The position numbers and the translations under genes are program-made. This document shows, piece by piece, positions 35,178 to 37,236 of a DNA stretch of 37,236 bases (positions are counted from its first letter, which is position 1; the number at the start of each line of letters is the position of its first letter). The stretch lies in the IMG/VR virus record IMGVR_UViG_2778261175_000003. One strand, 5' to 3'. Source of the stretch: a virus (taxonomy: Duplodnaviria > Heunggongvirae > Uroviricota > Caudoviricetes). Below the pieces are notes generated by a model. That model did no database searches and had not been told where the DNA came from. It saw only the letters and a program-made list of their open reading frames with translations.

Positions 35178-35516
35178 TTATAAATCAGTCTGTTTAATAA
35201 AACTTTGCCCGCGAAGCAGACGATCAACCGTGCGAAGTGCTTCGTACAATGTGAAATCCTGTCCAAACTGATTGTCGCCGTTGCTCAGAGCAAAAATGCG
35301 GTTTCCGGTAAATGGGTTGCGTTGGCATCTGTGAACCACGATTCCAGCTTTTTCAATCAGCCAGGTGTGTTCGCCAATTTGTTTTACTGTATGGCCATCT
35401 GGCGTTGCGTGTGTCTCGCTCAGGCTGTAGCGGATGTTGCTGCGTGATGCGCTGGTAGCGAAACGGTTAGCTTGGCGTTCCGTTTCGGTGCGAAAATTAC
35501 GGCGTTGCTTCAGCAT
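35178..35516 (-). CDS. Hypothetical early-region protein (112 aa)
   Basis: ORF track; first gene after cox; no family recognised. Confidence 0.4.
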   Translation of the reverse strand: MLKQRRNFRTETERQANRFATSASRSNIRYSLSETHATPDGHTVKQIGEHTWLIEKAGIVVHRCQRNPFTGNRIFALSNGDNQFGQDFTLYEALRTVDRLLRGQSFIKQTDL

Positions 35517-35530
35517 AAAATGACACCTCG

Positions 35531-35809
35531 TTATTTTGTCATCTGCACGTATTTCTCTGCGTTTCTGATGGTTTTCAGGAAAATTGCGAAGAGATTTACT
35601 GTACGTTTTGAGTTTTTTTCTTCTTGGTTGATGGGAAGGGCTGCTCTGTCAGCCTGCCTTTTCACTGCATTAACAGTTTGATTGGTACGCTTCGCGTAAT
35701 CTTTCAGGCTTTCTTCGAGTACCGGTAATCCATGCTCATCGCGGTATGGGTAGAACGCCGCCAAACGCTCAAAATCCGCTTGCTCGTATGTGTTCAAGAG
35801 CTTTGTCAT
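35531..35809 (-). CDS. cox: Cox-like excisionase/early repressor
   Basis: Divergent from the C repressor; HTH segment DYAKRTNQTVNAVKRQADRAALPI parallels P2 Cox (EFAKLIGKSTGAVRRMIDKGKLPVI). Confidence 0.6.
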   Translation of the reverse strand: MTKLLNTYEQADFERLAAFYPYRDEHGLPVLEESLKDYAKRTNQTVNAVKRQADRAALPINQEEKNSKRTVNLFAIFLKTIRNAEKYVQMTK

Positions 35810-35900
35810 GATGTGATAACCTGTTCAGTCTGTGGTTATTTGTTGCTAAAAGTCGTCTATAGGCGACTTTTAGGGTTAATTTAGTCGTCTGGAGACCACC
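35810..35900. promoter_or_regulatory. Immunity-region divergent promoter/operator with direct repeats AGTCGTCT (35851-35858, 35883-35890) and an AGTCG...CGACT inverted repeat
   Basis: Repeats read directly; position between cox and C as for P2 Pe/Pc and the C operators. Confidence 0.45.
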
Positions 35901-36212
35901 ATGTCAAGTGGGTATGAAAAAAAACTGAAAGAGATACGGAAAAGTGAAGGGTTAACTCAAGCTGAGTTTGCTGATGTTACTGGGATAAATCTCGGAACTA
36001 TAAAGAATTATGAGAGCGGTAAAAGAGAGGTTGGTTTAAGCGTTGTTGATCGCGTAATTAATTCTAAGGATTTCGAAAAATACACTATATGGCTTATGAC
36101 GGGAAAAACAAATGAGGCTGCTGGGCAGATCAGTCCCTCTCTCTCCCCTGATGGGCCAGAAAACACATCGTCTTCTCAAAAATCCCGCAAGACTGGTACA
36201 CAGCCCGGCTAA
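35901..36212 (+). CDS. C: Immunity repressor C (HTH-XRE)
   Basis: Matches P2 C along its length (e.g. KYTIWLMTGKTNEAAGQISPSLSPDG vs KYTLWFMTNQIAPESGQIAPALAHFG from memory). Confidence 0.8.
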   Translation: MSSGYEKKLKEIRKSEGLTQAEFADVTGINLGTIKNYESGKREVGLSVVDRVINSKDFEKYTIWLMTGKTNEAAGQISPSLSPDGPENTSSSQKSRKTGTQPG

Positions 36213-36261
36213 TCATGGAACGCTGGGGGCATGGTGGTCTTGTAACGCTGGGGTTTCACGA

Positions 36262-37236
36262 ATGAGCATAAAATCAATTCCGGGAGGGTATCTTCTTGAC
36301 ATGCGCCCTGAGGGGCGTAAAGGCAAACGCATTCGCAAAAAATTTAAAACGAAATCGGATGCAGTTTTATATGAGCGGTGGGTGCTGGCGCAACAGCATA
36401 ACAATGAGTGGAAAGGAAACTCCATTGATCGCCGTCCGCTGTCGGTGCTTATTGACTTGTGGTGGAAATACCACGGCCAGCTAATGAAGTCAGGGCATAA
36501 CACGCGCCTTAAATTGCTGCGCTTGAGTGAGGCAATGGATGACCCGTGTGTGCATAAACTTAATACAACGATGCTCACCGAGCTACGTGTGTCCAGGATA
36601 GAGCAGGGGATACAGCCCAGCACCATTAATCGAGAGATTGGGGCGTTAAGCGCGATGTTTACCGCACTCATCTCATCCGGCCATTTTCTTAACGATAACC
36701 CCGTTCAAGGCCTTAAAGGAATGAAGGTTAACGAGCGCGAAATGGGATATCTGAGTAAGTCTGAATGTGTTCAGTTGCTGGATGCACTGGCTGAAAATCC
36801 CGATGAACGGCTGGCTGTCGAAATCCTTCTGTCGACCGGGGCGCGATGGGGCGAGGTAGCGGCACTGGAGCAGCGCCGTGTTCTTCATTGTCGAATCACT
36901 TTTTCAAAAACGAAGAACAGCAAAAACCGTACCGTTCCTATTTCTGAAAGCCTGTTTGAAAAGATCAAAAAACGGGGCGGGAAACTGGTGTTTCCGACGC
37001 TGGATTATCCATTAGTTCGCGATGTCATCAAAACGGTCGCACCTGATGTTCCTGACGGCCAGGCTGTTCATGCGCTGCGCCACACCTTCGCCAGTCATTT
37101 CATGATGAACGGCGGCAATATTCTGACGCTCCAGAAAATTCTGGGGCACGCAAAGATTCAGACAACGATGATTTATGCCCATCTTGCGCCGGATTACTTG
37201 CAGGATGCGGTGAGATTTAATCCTATTGCTGGGTAA
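36262..37236 (+). CDS. int: Tyrosine integrase
   Basis: Catalytic R...HxxR...Y signature (TGARWGE, HALRHTFAS, TMIYAHL); start at MSIKSIPGG (M51 of the track ORF); downstream of C as in P2. Confidence 0.85.
   Translation: MSIKSIPGGYLLDMRPEGRKGKRIRKKFKTKSDAVLYERWVLAQQHNNEWKGNSIDRRPLSVLIDLWWKYHGQLMKSGHNTRLKLLRLSEAMDDPCVHKLNTTMLTELRVSRIEQGIQPSTINREIGALSAMFTALISSGHFLNDNPVQGLKGMKVNEREMGYLSKSECVQLLDALAENPDERLAVEILLSTGARWGEVAALEQRRVLHCRITFSKTKNSKNRTVPISESLFEKIKKRGGKLVFPTLDYPLVRDVIKTVAPDVPDGQAVHALRHTFASHFMMNGGNILTLQKILGHAKIQTTMIYAHLAPDYLQDAVRFNPIAG

Larger units (their letters stand above)
332..37236. mobile_element. P2-like temperate phage genome/prophage, ogr to int, with accessory islands
   Basis: Conserved P2 gene content and local order; att sites not identified, so the true ends are uncertain. 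Confidence 0.8.

Overview
The window is essentially one complete P2-like (Peduovirus-type) temperate phage genome or prophage, about 37 kb, running from the late activator ogr (332-592) to a tyrosine integrase that ends at the last base (36262-37236). All calls are from reading the sequence and the supplied ORF track and comparing to P2 proteins from memory; no database search was run. Backbone present: ogr, D, FI-FII-E/E'-T-U (plus strand), G-position genes, H-I-J-W-V-S-R, lysis cassette (lysC/lysB/K/Y), X, L, M, N, O (minus strand), P-Q (plus), a cos-proximal region, replication gene A, a block of small early ORFs, cox, C repressor and int. Three accessory islands interrupt it. (1) 803-4242, between ogr and D: an AT-rich four-gene His-Xaa-Ser (Hxs) cassette with two SPASM-type radical SAM enzymes and a secreted His-x-Ser repeat protein carrying a peptidoglycan-binding domain; this is the best candidate for an undescribed phage-borne system. 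(2) 11927-13108, between U and the tail-fibre module: an AT-rich island with no intact gene, three minus-strand terminator hairpins and a degraded duplicate of the U 3' end. (3) 27507-30607, between cos and A: a ParM/ParR actin-type partition pair with upstream iterons, a ClpX zinc-finger-only protein, a small secreted Cys protein and two unknown proteins. A Hok/Gef-family type I toxin ORF with an overlapping mok-like frame sits at the extreme left edge (1-271). No rRNA, tRNA, CRISPR array or IS element was seen. Attachment sites could not be identified.
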